From Octopus bimaculoides (taxonomy: Eukaryota), in assembly GCF_001194135.2 (NCBI RefSeq), contig NC_068984.1, positions 136,827,293-136,891,218 on the forward strand: a stretch of DNA of 63,926 nucleotides. Reading direction: 5' to 3'. A program made the position numbers and the translations under genes. Shown here piece by piece: positions 40,131 through 52,464 of this stretch (positions are counted from its first letter, which is position 1; each line of letters begins with the position of its first letter). The notes beneath the pieces are model-generated. The model had not been told where the DNA came from and did no database searches. It worked only from the letters and a program-made list of their open reading frames with translations.

Positions 40131-40333
40131 GCATCATCATCATCATTATTATTATGGAAGGGAAATTGTTCATTTATGCTCTTCCATGAAAAGAATGTCT
40201 GGTCATGGGGGAAAATAATACCTTGCTTGGAAACAGAGGAGGATTGGCAACAGGAAAAGCATCCAGCCATAGAAAAGCTGCCTCATACAAAATTCCACCT
40301 GACCCACGCAAGCATGGGGAAAGTGAACATTAA

Positions 40334-40375
<42 letters not shown>

Positions 40376-40555
40376 GTAATGATGATGATGATGATGATGA
40401 TGATGGTAATGATGATGATGATGATGATGATGATTATGATGATTATGATGATGTTGATCATGATGGTAATGATGATGATGATAATGGTGATGATTATGAT
40501 GACGGTAATGATGCTGATAATGATGATAATGGTAATGATGATGATTATGATGATC
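40334..40555. repeat. (ATG)n tract extending an RTE tail
   Basis: Directly visible; follows ...GAACATTAAATGATG. Confidence 0.95.
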
Positions 40556-41334
40556 CCTATACATTCTGATTTCAAATCCCAACAGAATTAGCTGACTTTT
40601 ATTCTTCTGGGCAAGCGAGGGGTGCAATAAATTAAATTAAGTAACAGTCAGATAAATGATCAGCAGAGAGAGAGAGAGGTGGGGCGGGAGAAGGGGGGGA
40701 AAATCAATTTAATCATCTCCCTCATGCCACTTTCACCCCATCCCCATCATCACCCCTTGTCCCNNNNNNNNNNAACCCCAAAAAAAAACCCATATATAAC
40801 ACTGAGTTGATGTTAGAAATCATTATTATATATTTTATTGTTATTTTCGAAATGAATCAGTTGTTATTTTAGTTGAGACTGGAATGAAACATTCGTTATG
40901 CTTGTCAAAATACAATGACAATAAATTATATTGAGCTGAATTTAATTTAATTGAATTACACTATAAAACTTGGTATATAACAACATTGATAATAATAATA
41001 ACAATAATGATAATGATAATGATAATAATGATAGTATTGATAATGATAATAATAGTGATGATTGAAATATTGTTTGGGCTGTTAACCTTATTTCTCTCGG
41101 GTGTTTTGTTCTTTTCTGAAGCCAAAAAACAGTTAGCGCCAGCATAGCCGTGTGGTTATGAAGTTTGCTTTGCAGACCCAGAATAATCAGGTTCAGTCCC
41201 ACTACACAGTAGCTTGAGCAAGTTTGTTCAGTTATAGTCCTGGTTCAACCAAGACCATGTGAGTGGATTTGGTAAACAGTGACTGGGTCACACAAAATGC
41301 ATACGTGCTTGTTTGTGTGTATGCATGTGCAAAG

Positions 41335-41800
41335 GACCGAGATTCTTGGCGCCTTGCTGTACTCCAGAAGACCCGTACTCTGCAGCTGAATTGTTAAGAC
41401 CGGCCCTTCTAGTGGTGTAAAGCACTGCCACATAAAAGCACCTGTGTGGTGCCCCATAAAAGCGCCCATGTGGTGACATGGAAAAGCATTTGTGCAAGGA
41501 ACATCTAAAAGTGCTTTATACAGTGTCACATAAAAGCACCCATGTGGCAACCCTATAAAAGTGCCTGTGCAGCAACATTTAAATGCACCCATGCAGTGCC
41601 GCAGTAAAAGCACCCAGCACATTCTGTAAAGAAGTTGGCGTTAGGAAAGGCATCCAGCTGTAGAAACCACACCACAACAGACGGGAGTCTGATGTAGCCC
41701 CTACAAGCTTGCCAGCCCTGGTTACACCGTCCAACCCATGCCAGCATGGACAATGGACATTAAATAACGATGATAATGACGATGATGATGATGATGATGA
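41335..41800 (+). mobile_element. RTE LINE 3' end: ORF terminus, repeat-bearing 3' UTR and (GAT)n tail
   Basis: ORF end (W...AVLQKTR), about 8 copies of a ~24-bp TGCCACATAAAAGCACC motif, then GTTGGCGTTAGGAAAGGCATCCAGCTGTAGAAAC...CCAACCCATGCCAGCATGG...TTAAATAACGATGAT. Confidence 0.8.
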
Positions 41801-41833
<33 letters not shown>

Positions 41834-42014
41834 GTGTGTATGTGCACATGCATATTTGTGTTCACTTGTTCACTTCCACATGACTTAGCAGTTTGTTAAA
41901 ATGAACCCAAAAGCCTAAGGACCAGGCGTACAGTAAGTGCTAGGGATTGGTCTCATTGCCTAAATCCTTCGAGACTAAACCCAGCATGGCCACAGTCCAA
42001 TGATTGAAACAAAC

Positions 42015-42200
42015 GAACAGGATGAGGACTCTTACGTAAAGAAGTGCTGAGGTCTAATTGTGGATGGCACCTGCGGAAGGGGCAAACCCTGGAAGATGTG
42101 GGACGAAGTGGTCACAAGGGCAAGAAATGCCAAGGGACCAGGACATGTGGTGATTTGCTGTACTTGATAAGGTGTGTCAAGCTAAGTAAAACCACGGTTT
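42015..42200 (+). mobile_element. RTE LINE ORF 3' fragment
   Basis: DEDSYVKKC*GLIVDGTCGRGKPWKMWDEVV...AVLDK; homologous to 59528-59760. Confidence 0.75.
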
Positions 42201-44495
42201 TCCATGCATACAGACGTATCTATAGGCGTAGGAGTGGCTGTGTGGTATGTAGTGTGCTTACCAACCACTTGGTTCCAGGTTCAGTCCCACTGTGTGGCAC
42301 CTTGGGCAAGTGCCTTCTACTATAGCCTTGGGCTGACCAAAGCCTTGTGAGTGGATTTGGTAGACGGAAACTGAAAGAAGGCGGAGAGCTGGCAGAATCG
42401 TTAGCATGCCGGGCAAAATTCTTAGTAGCATTTCATCTGCCATTACATTCTGAGTTCAAATTCCACCCAGGTTGACTTTGCCTTTCATCCTTTCGGGGTC
42501 GATTAATTAAGTACCAGTTACGTACTGGGGTCAATGTAATCGACTTAATCTCTTTGTCTGTCCTTGTTTGTCCCCTTTGTGTCTAGCCACTTGTGGGCAG
42601 TAAAGAAATAGGAAACTGGAAGAAGCCCATCGTATATATGTATATGTATATATGTGTGTATATGCTTGTGTGTCTGTGTTTGTCACCCCAACATCGCTTG
42701 ACAACTGATGGTGGCATGTTTACGTCCCTGTAACTTAGCGGTTCAGCAAAAGAGACTGATAGAATAAGTGCTAGGCTTACAAAGAATAAGTCCTGGTGTC
42801 GATTTGCTCGACTAAAGGCGGTGCTCCAGCATGGCCACAGTCAAATGACTGAAACAAGTAAAAGAGTAAAAAGAGTATCCTTTCAGGTGCCGGTGCCACT
42901 TAAAAAGCACCTGTTCCAGTGCTGCATTAACACACCTGTGCTGATGCTGCACAAACACACCATTGCCAGCTGCACTTAAAAAGCACCCAGCATGCCCTGT
43001 AAAGTGGTTGGTATCAGGAAGGGCACCCAGCCGTAGAAACCATGATAAAACAGACAGTTGGAGTCTGGACATCTTCCTGCTGGCTAGCTGCACGTCAAAC
43101 CGTCCAACCCATGCCAGCATGGAAAGCAAATGTTAAATGATGATGATGATGTCTTGGGTTCAGTCCCATGGTGCGGCACCTTGGACATGTGACTTCTATT
43201 ATAGCCTCAGGTTGACCAAGGCCTTGTGAGTGGATCTGGCAGAAGGAATCTGAAGTAAGTGTGGTTATGTTATGTGTGTGCATGTTTGTGTATATACCTT
43301 TGTCTAGATATCACACAATGGTTGTAAATGAGCATCATTGTTTTCAGTCTGCCATGAAAAACACATCAAACTATGGTCAAATATCAGCTTGCTTGGAAAC
43401 AGGTGAGCGTTGGCAACAGGAAGGGCATCTAAAAATCAAAAATCTGCCTCAACAAATTTCATCTGACCCATGCATGGAAAAGTGGGCCTTGAATGATGAG
43501 GGTGATGAGAGTCTGCTTTGAAGAACATTTGGGAGCTATTTCTAGTAGGCTGAGTGACTACATAGAGGCTCCTTTATTGGACTCATGCTATAGAATATCG
43601 TAAAATGAGAGAACAGATTGACTAAATGTACACATATTATATAACACTGCCACATAGAAAAGACAACAGCTTCCGAATACAATAATATTATGCTACTGCG
43701 AGGTTGCTGCTGCAGAAAAAACAAAAGGAAAAAAAAAATCAAAAACAGAAAAGGAAAAAATAAATGAAAAGCCTGACTTCAACACAGATAACGAGAGAGA
43801 AAATTAATATTGAATTAAAAATTAAATTATGACAGAATTACAATTACCAAATTAAGTAAAGAAATTCTTGAAGATAAAATTAAATCTGAAAAATATTAAA
43901 ATATAACATTAAGTAAAAAAAAAAATTAAAAAAAAAGAAAACAAAAAACAAATAAAAAAAATTATCTAAGAAGGAAAAATTATCAATCAATAAACAAATT
44001 TCCTGAAATATTTTTCTTTCCAGTTTTCCAATCAGTTAATGATGTGGGTTAAAATGGTTTATAAATTGAGACAATTACACAAGTTTTCTAGAAGTGGTGT
44101 CATTTGAAAAACTGTTATATGAATACTCAAACCAAATAACCCAGCACTTTTTCTTTTTTCTAAATATGTTTTAAAAACTTCCTTTATGATACGCGCTATC
44201 ATCATAACACTGTATCAACCAGTCTGTCAGATGTTGTTATACATTGCTGGTCACAATGCATTTCCTCGCATTGTTGTAGCTTTTGAACGATGTCACCTCA
44301 CTGGCTTGGTGAGCAGGCCAACATCCCCCCCGATCAGAAGGCTAGTCTGTCACAAGAGTTACCCGTTTACGGCTGAGTGGACTGGACTAACATGAAATGA
44401 AGTGTTTTGCTCAGGAACATAATGCGACACCAGTCTGGTAATCAAAATCATAATCTTGCAATATTGAGTGCAACACCCAAATTACAATGCCACAA

Positions 44496-45000
44496 GGCGC
44501 AGGAGTGGCTGTGTGGTAAGTAGCTTGCTTACCAGCCACATGGTTCCAGGTTCAGCCCCACTGCATGGCACCTTGGGCAAGTGTTTTCTACTATAGCCTC
44601 GGGCCGACCAAAGCCTTGTGAGTGGATTTGGTAGACGGAAACTGAAAGAACCCCGTCNNNNNNNNNNNNNNNNNNNNNNNNNNNNNNNNNNNNNNNNNNN
44701 NNNNNNNNNNNNNNNNNNNNNNNNNNNNNNNNNATATGTGTGTGTGTGTGTGTATGTGTGTGTGTATGTGTATGTGTGTGCATATGATTGTGTGTCTGTG
44801 TTTGTCCCCCCAATATTGCTTCACAACTGATGATGATGTGTTTACGTCCCTGTAACTTAGCGGTTCAGCAAAAGAGACCGATAGAATAAGTACTAGGCTT
44901 CCAAAGAATAAGTCCTGGGGTCCATTTGCTCGACTAAAGGCGGTGCTCCAGCATGGCCGCAGTCAAATGACTGAAACAAATAAAAGAATAAAAGAAGAAT
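44496..45000 (+). mobile_element. tRNA-derived SINE family B (CORE-like), near full length. Other copies at about 4885-5170, 5600-5795, 8100-8250, 9885-10275, 18205-18360, 18495-18895, 25365-25525, 25848-26152, 28370-28460, 41125-41290, 42225-42870, 43155-43330, 45075-45180, 58620-59530
   Basis: Head GGCGCAGGAGTGGCTGTGTGG...GGTTCAGCCCCAC (A/B-box-like), then GCACCTTGGGCAAGTG resembling the CORE domain, an internal (TA/TG)n, and tail CAGCATGGCCGCAGTCAAATGACTGAAACAA. Confidence 0.8.
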
Positions 45001-46329
45001 AAAGGAGTATGCCTAGTGGTTTATAAACCATTAAAACATGGGTTATAATGGTTTGTAACTCTCGACACATAAAGGTATAGCTGTGTGGTGAAGATATTTG
45101 CATGGCAACCACATAGTTTCATGTTCAATTCCCTTGCACGTTACCATAGACAAATGTCTTCTACACTTGTCCCAAACTATAGCCCCTCACCACAAGGGCC
45201 TTATTGCAGTGTGGTGACTTGTGTGCTGCACTGACCCTCAGAGCTATGCCAGCACAGTGCAAGCTTCTGGTAGGGCCTCTTATTCTGGACAGATCAAAGG
45301 ACAGAAGTCAGTCTAATATGGACCATTTTTATCCAGAGGTAAAAATGGGGTTGCATGGGACCAATGCTCCTACCTAGAAAAATGGCAACATATATATATA
45401 TTGGTACCACATAAAAAGCACCCAGATCATTTTCTGAAGTGGTTGGCATTAGGAAGGGCACCTAGCTGTAAAAACCATGCCAAAACAGACAGTGAAGTTT
45501 GATGCAGTCTTCTGGCTTGCCAGCTCATGCCAAACCTTTCAACCCATGCCAGCATGGAAAACGGACATTAAATGATTACATACATACATACATAGAGAGA
45601 CATACATACATACATACATACATACATACATACATACACAGACAGATAAATATATAGACAGATAGATGGAAAGATGGGCTAAGAATGGGTTTGCATGGGA
45701 CAGTCCTACCTAGAAAAAAGGCAACATATATATATATACGCATACATACATAGACAGACAAACAGATAAATAAATACACAAATAGATGGATAGAGAGATA
45801 CATGATTAGACAGATAGATAGAGAGAGAGAAAGAGAGAGAGATTGTGTAATTAAAACATGTTTAACTTTTTAACATAAGTGGAGAATAAACTAATTCTAT
45901 GTGATTTTATGTATGGAAAATAGAAAATATACTGTTTAACTTTTTAAAAGGTGTGGAGAATAATGTATTCTATGTGATTTGTATGTATGAAAAACAGAAA
46001 TATAACGATATGTTTTCACAGAATAAATGATTTTGTATCATACTCAACTGAAATTATATTGGTACATGTACTCCTAAAGGGGGCCACACCAATGTAACAA
46101 CTATTCTTTTTGATTTTGTTTTCTGGTTAGTTCTTAAGTTGTGAACTATAACAGCATTTCATATTGGAAAAGTTGACAAGGTTTCAAAACAAACATACAT
46201 ATATACACAAGCACATCTGCACAGTAAATAACTGCAAAGAAGTTATAACCAAAATAAAAGTTGTAAGCAAAAAAAAAAAAAAAAAANNNNNNNNNNNNNN
46301 NNNNNNNNNNNNNNNNNNNNNNNNNNNNN

Positions 46330-46682
46330 TATAACCGAAAAAGAAAAATAACCAAAAAAAAAAATTATAACCAAAAAAAAAAATTATAACTAAAATAAAA
46401 AAATTATAACCAAAAAAAAAAATAACCCCAAAAAATTATAACCGAAAAAAAAATTATAACTAAAATTAAAAAAATTTAACCAAAAAAAAAAATACCCCAA
46501 AAAAATTATAACCAAAAAAAAAATTATAAGCAAAAAAAATTATAACCAAAAAAAATTATAACCAAAAAAAATTATAACCAAAAAAAAATTAGAGCCAAAC
46601 AAAAAAAATCATAACCCACCAAAAAATTATAACCAAAAAAAAAAAATTATAACCAAAAAAAAAATTATAACCCCAAAAAACC
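46330..46682. repeat. A-rich minisatellite (ATTATAACC(A)n), about 100 bp into the intron after the PNPT1 exon
   Basis: About 18 units of variable poly(A) length. Confidence 0.85.
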
Positions 46683-46775
46683 CATCTGATTTTAAGATGC
46701 ATAATTATATAACTGTAGTGGTTCTTGTGGCTGAAGTTCAATTGGTGTGAAAAATGAAAGGAGAAAATGACTTAC

Positions 46776-46882
46776 TTCTTCTTTCAGATAATTATCAATC
46801 ATTTCTTGGGCTTCTTCGAAAGCGCTTTGGTTGGGAGCAAAGATCTGGAATGTGGTCTCATCAATTGGTGTGATTGTCACAC
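46776..46882 (-). CDS. PNPT1: PNPT1 internal exon, second half of KH domain
   Basis: 107-nt exon, acceptor cctgctAG, donor GTaagtc, phase 1 to 0. Translates (G)VTITPIDETTFQIFAPNQSAFEEAQEMIDNYLKEE versus human [36 protein letters not shown]. Joins in frame to the 51528-51611 exon across a 4.6-kb intron. Confidence 0.93.
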
Positions 46883-46979
46883 CTAGCAGGTGGGGAGAAA
46901 ACAGAAAAAAAGAAAACATAAAACTTAAGTCACCATTATCAATGATTTTTATTTACAACAACAATAATGATAATGTAAA

Positions 46980-47125
46980 TATCATCTCAGTAGTTGGAGG
47001 GGCACTGGAAGCCCTAATGACCTGGTTTGAGAAATATGTCAGAGAAACTGGGATTGATATGAGGGTAGAACATGCTCAGAAAAATGGTGTGTTAGGGACA
47101 CAGAGGATTTTGAGATTTTGTGGTT
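46980..47125 (+). mobile_element. R4/Dong LINE C-terminal fragment inside the PNPT1 intron (antisense to the gene)
   Basis: ISVVGGALEALMTWFEKYVRETGIDMRVEHAQKNGVLGTQRILR matches the VVGALG...FEKY...QKTALLGTARILR motif. Confidence 0.8.
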
Positions 47126-48144
47126 ACAAAAGAGGATATAATACAATATCTGTCGTCTTTGTTGCTGCTGTTGCTGCTGCTTGGTCTCAATTAGTTCTTA
47201 CAGAACATATCTGAGACCACATGGCTGAACAAATATTCTGCATTTTAAGACAGTAAGGTGTGATCTGAGGAAGATTTGTGCTCTATTTCTAGCAGGATGA
47301 CTAGCCACGTCAAAGCACATTTGTTGGCAAATCAGGGTTTGTTGTTAACTTTGAACCGATGGCTCCTATGACCTATTCATTCAGCACCTTAAATTCATAA
47401 GCACCATGCTTTGTAGTTCCATTAATGAATCTTTAATTATAACGACTTGTAAATTATATTCAAATTATTCCTCTAATAGCTTTCATTGTTTCTTTTCGCT
47501 TCTATCAAACAAACTAATTTGGTATACGGAAAAGGTGGATTAGCAGAAGGTGATCTCAATAGTGAAAAAAGTAAAGCAAGCAGCAATACACAACATGAAC
47601 AACAATAGGAGACGATCACATAAACCTTGAAATAACTTGGTCGAACATTAAACGTGAATAACACAAATAAATAGATAGATAAATAAATAAATAAATGAAT
47701 GAATGAATGAATAAATAAATAAAAGCAGTAAGCCAAGAACGAAAAGGAAAACAGTGAGAATGGTGTTAAAGCACAGAGCTAGGACCATAATGGTTTGCAC
47801 CTTCCAAACAAACTACAAATAAGACCTTACCAGTGCAATACAACCACCACCAGAGCTACCAACACCACTATCGTAACGACAACAACTACAACAACTACGC
47901 TACACAACATTTGGGTCTCTTCTTTTTTTTTTGTGTTTTCGTTTTTTTTTTGGTTTTTGATTTTTTGATTTTTTTTCCATTTTGATTTCCAGTTGCTTGG
48001 TGATGGAATCGCTAAAAACCGTTGGAGAACAAAGACTGTTTGCAGAACAAAGACACAGAGAAAATGAAGAATGTTCAGAAGAGAAACAAAACAAAATAGA
48101 AATGGAAAATTGTGACATAAATTTCAATTGAGAACACATTGCAG

Positions 48145-48203
48145 GACTATCATTATCATTATTATTATTATCATTATTATTATTATTATCATTATTATTA
48201 TTA

Positions 48204-48234
<31 letters not shown>

Positions 48235-48263
48235 CATTATTATCATTATTATTATTATTATCA

Positions 48264-48294
<31 letters not shown>

Positions 48295-48389
48295 TATCAT
48301 TATTATTATTATTATTATTATTATCATTATTATTATTATTATTATTATTATCATTATTATTATTATCATTATTATTATTATTATTATTA

Positions 48390-48426
<37 letters not shown>

Positions 48427-48596
48427 CATTATTATTATTATTATCATTATTATTATTATCATTATTATTATTATCATTATTATTATTATTATTATCATTA
48501 TTATTATCATTATTATTATTATCATTATTATTATCATTATTATTATTATTATCATTATTATTATTATTATCATTATTATTATTATTATTATTATTA

Positions 48597-48645
<49 letters not shown>

Positions 48646-48655
48646 CATTATCATT
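48145..48655. repeat. About 510-bp (ATT)n/(ATC) trinucleotide tract in the PNPT1 intron
   Basis: Directly visible; source of the poly-I, poly-N and poly-Y pseudo-ORFs. Confidence 0.98.
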
Positions 48656-48896
48656 TTTATTGTTGTGAGCTTGAAGAATCATTAGCACGCTGGGCGAAAT
48701 GCTTAGCAGCATTTTGCCCATCACAATGTTCTGTGTTCAAATTGTGTCAAGGTCGGCTTTGCCTTTCATCCTTTCGGGGTCGAAAACTTAAGTACCAGTA
48801 AAAAAACACTGGGGTCAACCGTAATCAACTAACCCCCGCTTCCCCAAATTTCAGGTCTTGTGTCTTTGTGTAGAAAGGAGTATTATTGCTATTGCA

Positions 48897-48930
<34 letters not shown>

Positions 48931-49464
48931 ATAATATTACTACTACTACTACTACTAGTACTAAAGGTGGTGAGCTGGCAGAATCTTTAGCATGCCAAAC
49001 AAAATGCTTAGCGACATGTCGTTCATCTGTATGTTTTAAGTTCAAATTCCACCAAGGATGACTTAATTTTTCATCCTTTTGGGGTCGATAAAATTGAGTG
49101 TGTGCAATAATGACAGTGTGTTACTAAACTCTCTGGTCTGAGTTTGGGTGAGCGAGTGTCATGTCAATAGTGTCGAGGTACAATTTTTTTTCAGCCGGAT
49201 TTTCAACCTTGTTGCAATCCTTACCAGTTCTTCCTCCCAACTTTTTCAGATTCTAGACATTGTGACAAAGAAAATGATACACCAGCCTCGAAAATGGTTG
49301 GTGCAATGCTAACGGTACTCTGTTACTAAACGCCTCGTTTGTAATAGGTCAAGGAACCACACTGAGGCCTCCTATTCCCAAGTCATTCTCAATAAATAGG
49401 CTTACGTTCAAAGGCATTCTAGCCATGGCCATTCTGCCTCTTCTTCCTAGGACTACATTATTAA

Positions 49465-49686
49465 CCCTTTTGTTATCATATTTCTGTTGAAATATGCTGA
49501 CTTTGCTTCAGTTAATTTTCAAAATAATGAGGAACTTTGTAAAATAAATCTCTCGTTATTAAGCTGTTGTTTGGATCTTAAATTTACATAAAAACTTTGA
49601 CGGAAGGTTTTAATTTAAACAATTTGAAAACAGGAAGTTTGTTTCATACAGAGGCAGTCTTAGACAGGTTGGTAAGAAAAGAATTA
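49465..49686 (-). mobile_element. piggyBac-type MITE, diverged copy 3 (reverse orientation)
   Basis: TTAA CCCTTTTGTTATCATATTTCTGTTGAAAT matches the reverse complement of the copy 1 right end; the other end is eroded. Confidence 0.65.
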
Positions 49687-50639
49687 GATGTGTTTTTACA
49701 TTCTTAAAGAGCAGAATATGATCTGAGGGGAAAGTGGTTGCTAATTCTAGCAAATCAAACAATTGCACAAACCACAAATACTCCCTCATTGGTTATTCTT
49801 AGCATATTTTATATGAGGCAAACATGACAGCAATATAAATTGCCTTTAAACAACCATTGCAATGTTTGAACTCATAAATTTGAGACAAGGAGTTGGGTAC
49901 CTAAAATTCAAACTCTAAATATTTTTTTTTAATTTCAGAAGAGAAAAGAACTTTTCAAACTTTGAACAAACTAAAATGGTTTGAAGCCAGTTGTTTCACA
50001 CCTCTGGTCCTGATAAAATAATTACAAAGAAATGGTATGAAGTAAAAAATACTCAGGAATAGATAGAAAAATTAATATTAATTCGATTAGAAATTTAAAT
50101 GAAACAAAATTGAATTTAAACAAACTATGGTCAGAACTTGAAATTTCTAATCAGGTGTGACATTGTTCTGAAAAACAGTGTCAATACAAGAGCTGCAGGC
50201 CTAGAAATAACACAGTCTGCACACATAGCAGCAGAAACCATTTTTGGGGTGGGGGGGAGAAAAAAAAAAAAAAAAAAAAAAGATAGAGAAAGGAGGTTTT
50301 TTTAATCTTGGCTGATCAACTTTAAAGAATTAAAGCAAGGTGTATAAGATGACTGATGATAGCTGTAATGACAAGTAAAGTGACAATGATAACAATTATG
50401 ATGATAATAATTATAACGAAGGTAATGGTGGTACTAACAGAGAGAGAGGTTTTAATGTCAGAGATAAAGGAAAAGATAACAGTGGGGATGATGATGATGA
50501 TGACAACGATGATGAGGTTTTATTTTCCTCAGTAATACAAGGTGATAAATGTCTAATGTATAATCTCATTCTACCCCTATCTTTTGCCTTGCCCCAATCA
50601 TCCTGTTCCTCCCATTATACTCATCCCAAAAATATCTTG

Positions 50640-51011
50640 CAGTCTCCACCCAATGCCAGTAAAGAGGTACAGAGCCCCTTCGGTCATGAATGACCATGGG
50701 ATTGCACCTAGCAAGTTCCCCTCCAAGACAAAAGTCCGGGCAAAGTTGTTTATGGAAGACCAGCAGTCAACCATTCATACCAACCAGCCTCCCCTCTCTA
50801 CACCACTGATGTTATCCAAGGGAAAGGCAAAGGGGCCGATACAGCTTGGCACCTGTGACGTCGCAACTCATTTCTTTAGCTGAGTGAACTGGAGCAACGT
50901 GAAATAAAGAGTCTTGCTCAAGAACACAACACAACAGCCTGGTCCAGAAATCGAACTGACTACCTCATGATTGTGAACCTGGCGTTCTAACCACTGAACC
51001 ATGCGCCTTCA
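50640..51011 (-). mobile_element. tRNA-derived SINE family F (related copies at about 44215-44495 and 63350-63500, minus)
   Basis: Minus head GAAGGCGCATGGTTCAGTGGTTAGAACGCC...CAGTTCGATTTC, then TGTTGTGTTCTTGAGCAAGACTCTTTATTTCACGTTGCTCCAGTTCACTCAGCT (CORE-like). Confidence 0.7.
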
Positions 51012-51527
51012 CTCCAATGCCAGTACAACCGACAATAGAATGGTGCTTATTACATGCCACCTGAGTTCAAATTCAGCTGGGGTCAACTTTATCTTTCCCT
51101 CCTTTTTGGAGTCAATAAAACAAGTACCAGCTGCATACAGGGGTCAATGACATCAACTAAAGTCGCTGTCTGTCTGCCAAAATTTGAAACAATATATCCA
51201 TAGCTTTTCTACTTCTATACTTTTATATTTTGCTTGCTGTAGTCTGTGATATTTTTCTGTTAGAGTATTTGTGCAATACAGTGCAAGGAAGAATTAATGG
51301 CAAAATACAAAACAGTATAAAAAGACATTTAAAACCATTCTAAACATTTTCTTTTAACATTATAAATCATTACTGACAAATCTTCAGATTTTTTAGCATT
51401 TGATATTTCCTTCTTTTTGATATTTTTTTTTCCTTTTTTCTTTTTTATTACTTTTACATGTTAGTAAAACTCAAGTCAAAAGGTCAACACATTTTTCTAA
51501 CTTTTCCATTTCATCATATCGACTTAC

Positions 51528-51611
51528 CAGTTACATGGCGTAGTTTCTTCAGATTATAACCACCGATACCAAGGAATTTATTCCGGTTTGCAATTGGCAC
51601 TTCCATTTTTT
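51528..51611 (-). CDS. PNPT1: PNPT1 (mitochondrial PNPase) internal exon, first half of KH domain
   Basis: 84-nt exon, acceptor ttctttcAG, donor GTaagtc, phase 1 to 1. Translates (E)[27 protein letters not shown](G), aligning by eye to human PNPT1 [29 protein letters not shown] including the GxxG loop. Confidence 0.93.
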
Positions 51612-51719
51612 CTGAAAGAATTTACAAAAAAAAAACAGAAATTGATAAATATGTATACTGATGACTGTTTTGAAACACAGAAAGTAATTTCTAAAAGTAT
51701 CCTTAAATATAGGAATCCC

Positions 51720-51956
51720 CTACTAACCCCAAGATTCCGAGTTCAATTCCAGGCAGTGCCTTGAATAGATAATAATAATAAAAACAACATAAAAAAATAC
51801 CATAGGAATGAGAACCCAGGGTTGGATTCAAAATTCCACCAGGACACCTGAGAGTAAATCAGCTGAAACGTTAGGTTAACAACAAACAAGGTGAGGACAC
51901 ATACCTGTCCAATGTAAATAATGTACGGAATTCCTCATCTCTAAAATATAGAACAA
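51720..51956 (+). mobile_element. Short SINE-like element with a Pol III B-box head and an eroded hammerhead-like motif
   Basis: GAGTTCAATTCC B box near 51739-51750; GGACACCTGA...CAGCTGAAACGTT at 51842-51872. Confidence 0.35.
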
Positions 51957-52464
51957 TAGGAACCTCTATCCATTACAAGACACTCTTGCATAAGATGCAT
52001 TCTCACATAAGGCACACCCCTATTTTACAAGTATATCATTGTCGTTGCCAATGCCGTTACTGCCTGACTGGCTCCCATGCTGGTGACACGTAAAAAGCAC
52101 TCGCTACACTCTTGGAGTGGTTGGCGTTAGGAAGGGCATCTAGCTGTAGAAACATTGCCAGATCAGACTGGAGCCTGGTGCGGCCTCCTGGCTTGACAGT
52201 CCCCAGTGAAACCGTCCAACCCATGCCAGCATGGAAAACAGACGTTAAACGATGACGAGAACGATGACAATGATTAAGAGAGAGTAAGCACCTGGAAAAC
52301 AGGTAGTTAACAGCTTCACTGCAACTAACTTCACTTTTACTTTTGAACGTACCTCAGATTTGGGCAGAAGTTGATGTTTGAAACCTTTGCAATGCTAACC
52401 TTAACGGGTCAACGTCTGTTTCAAACAACCAACTCGTGCTACAGTGAAAACAATAAATTTATGT

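Noticed and set aside
47900-48724. 274-aa poly-Asn ORF
   Set aside because: Translation of the (ATT)n tract inside the PNPT1 intron.
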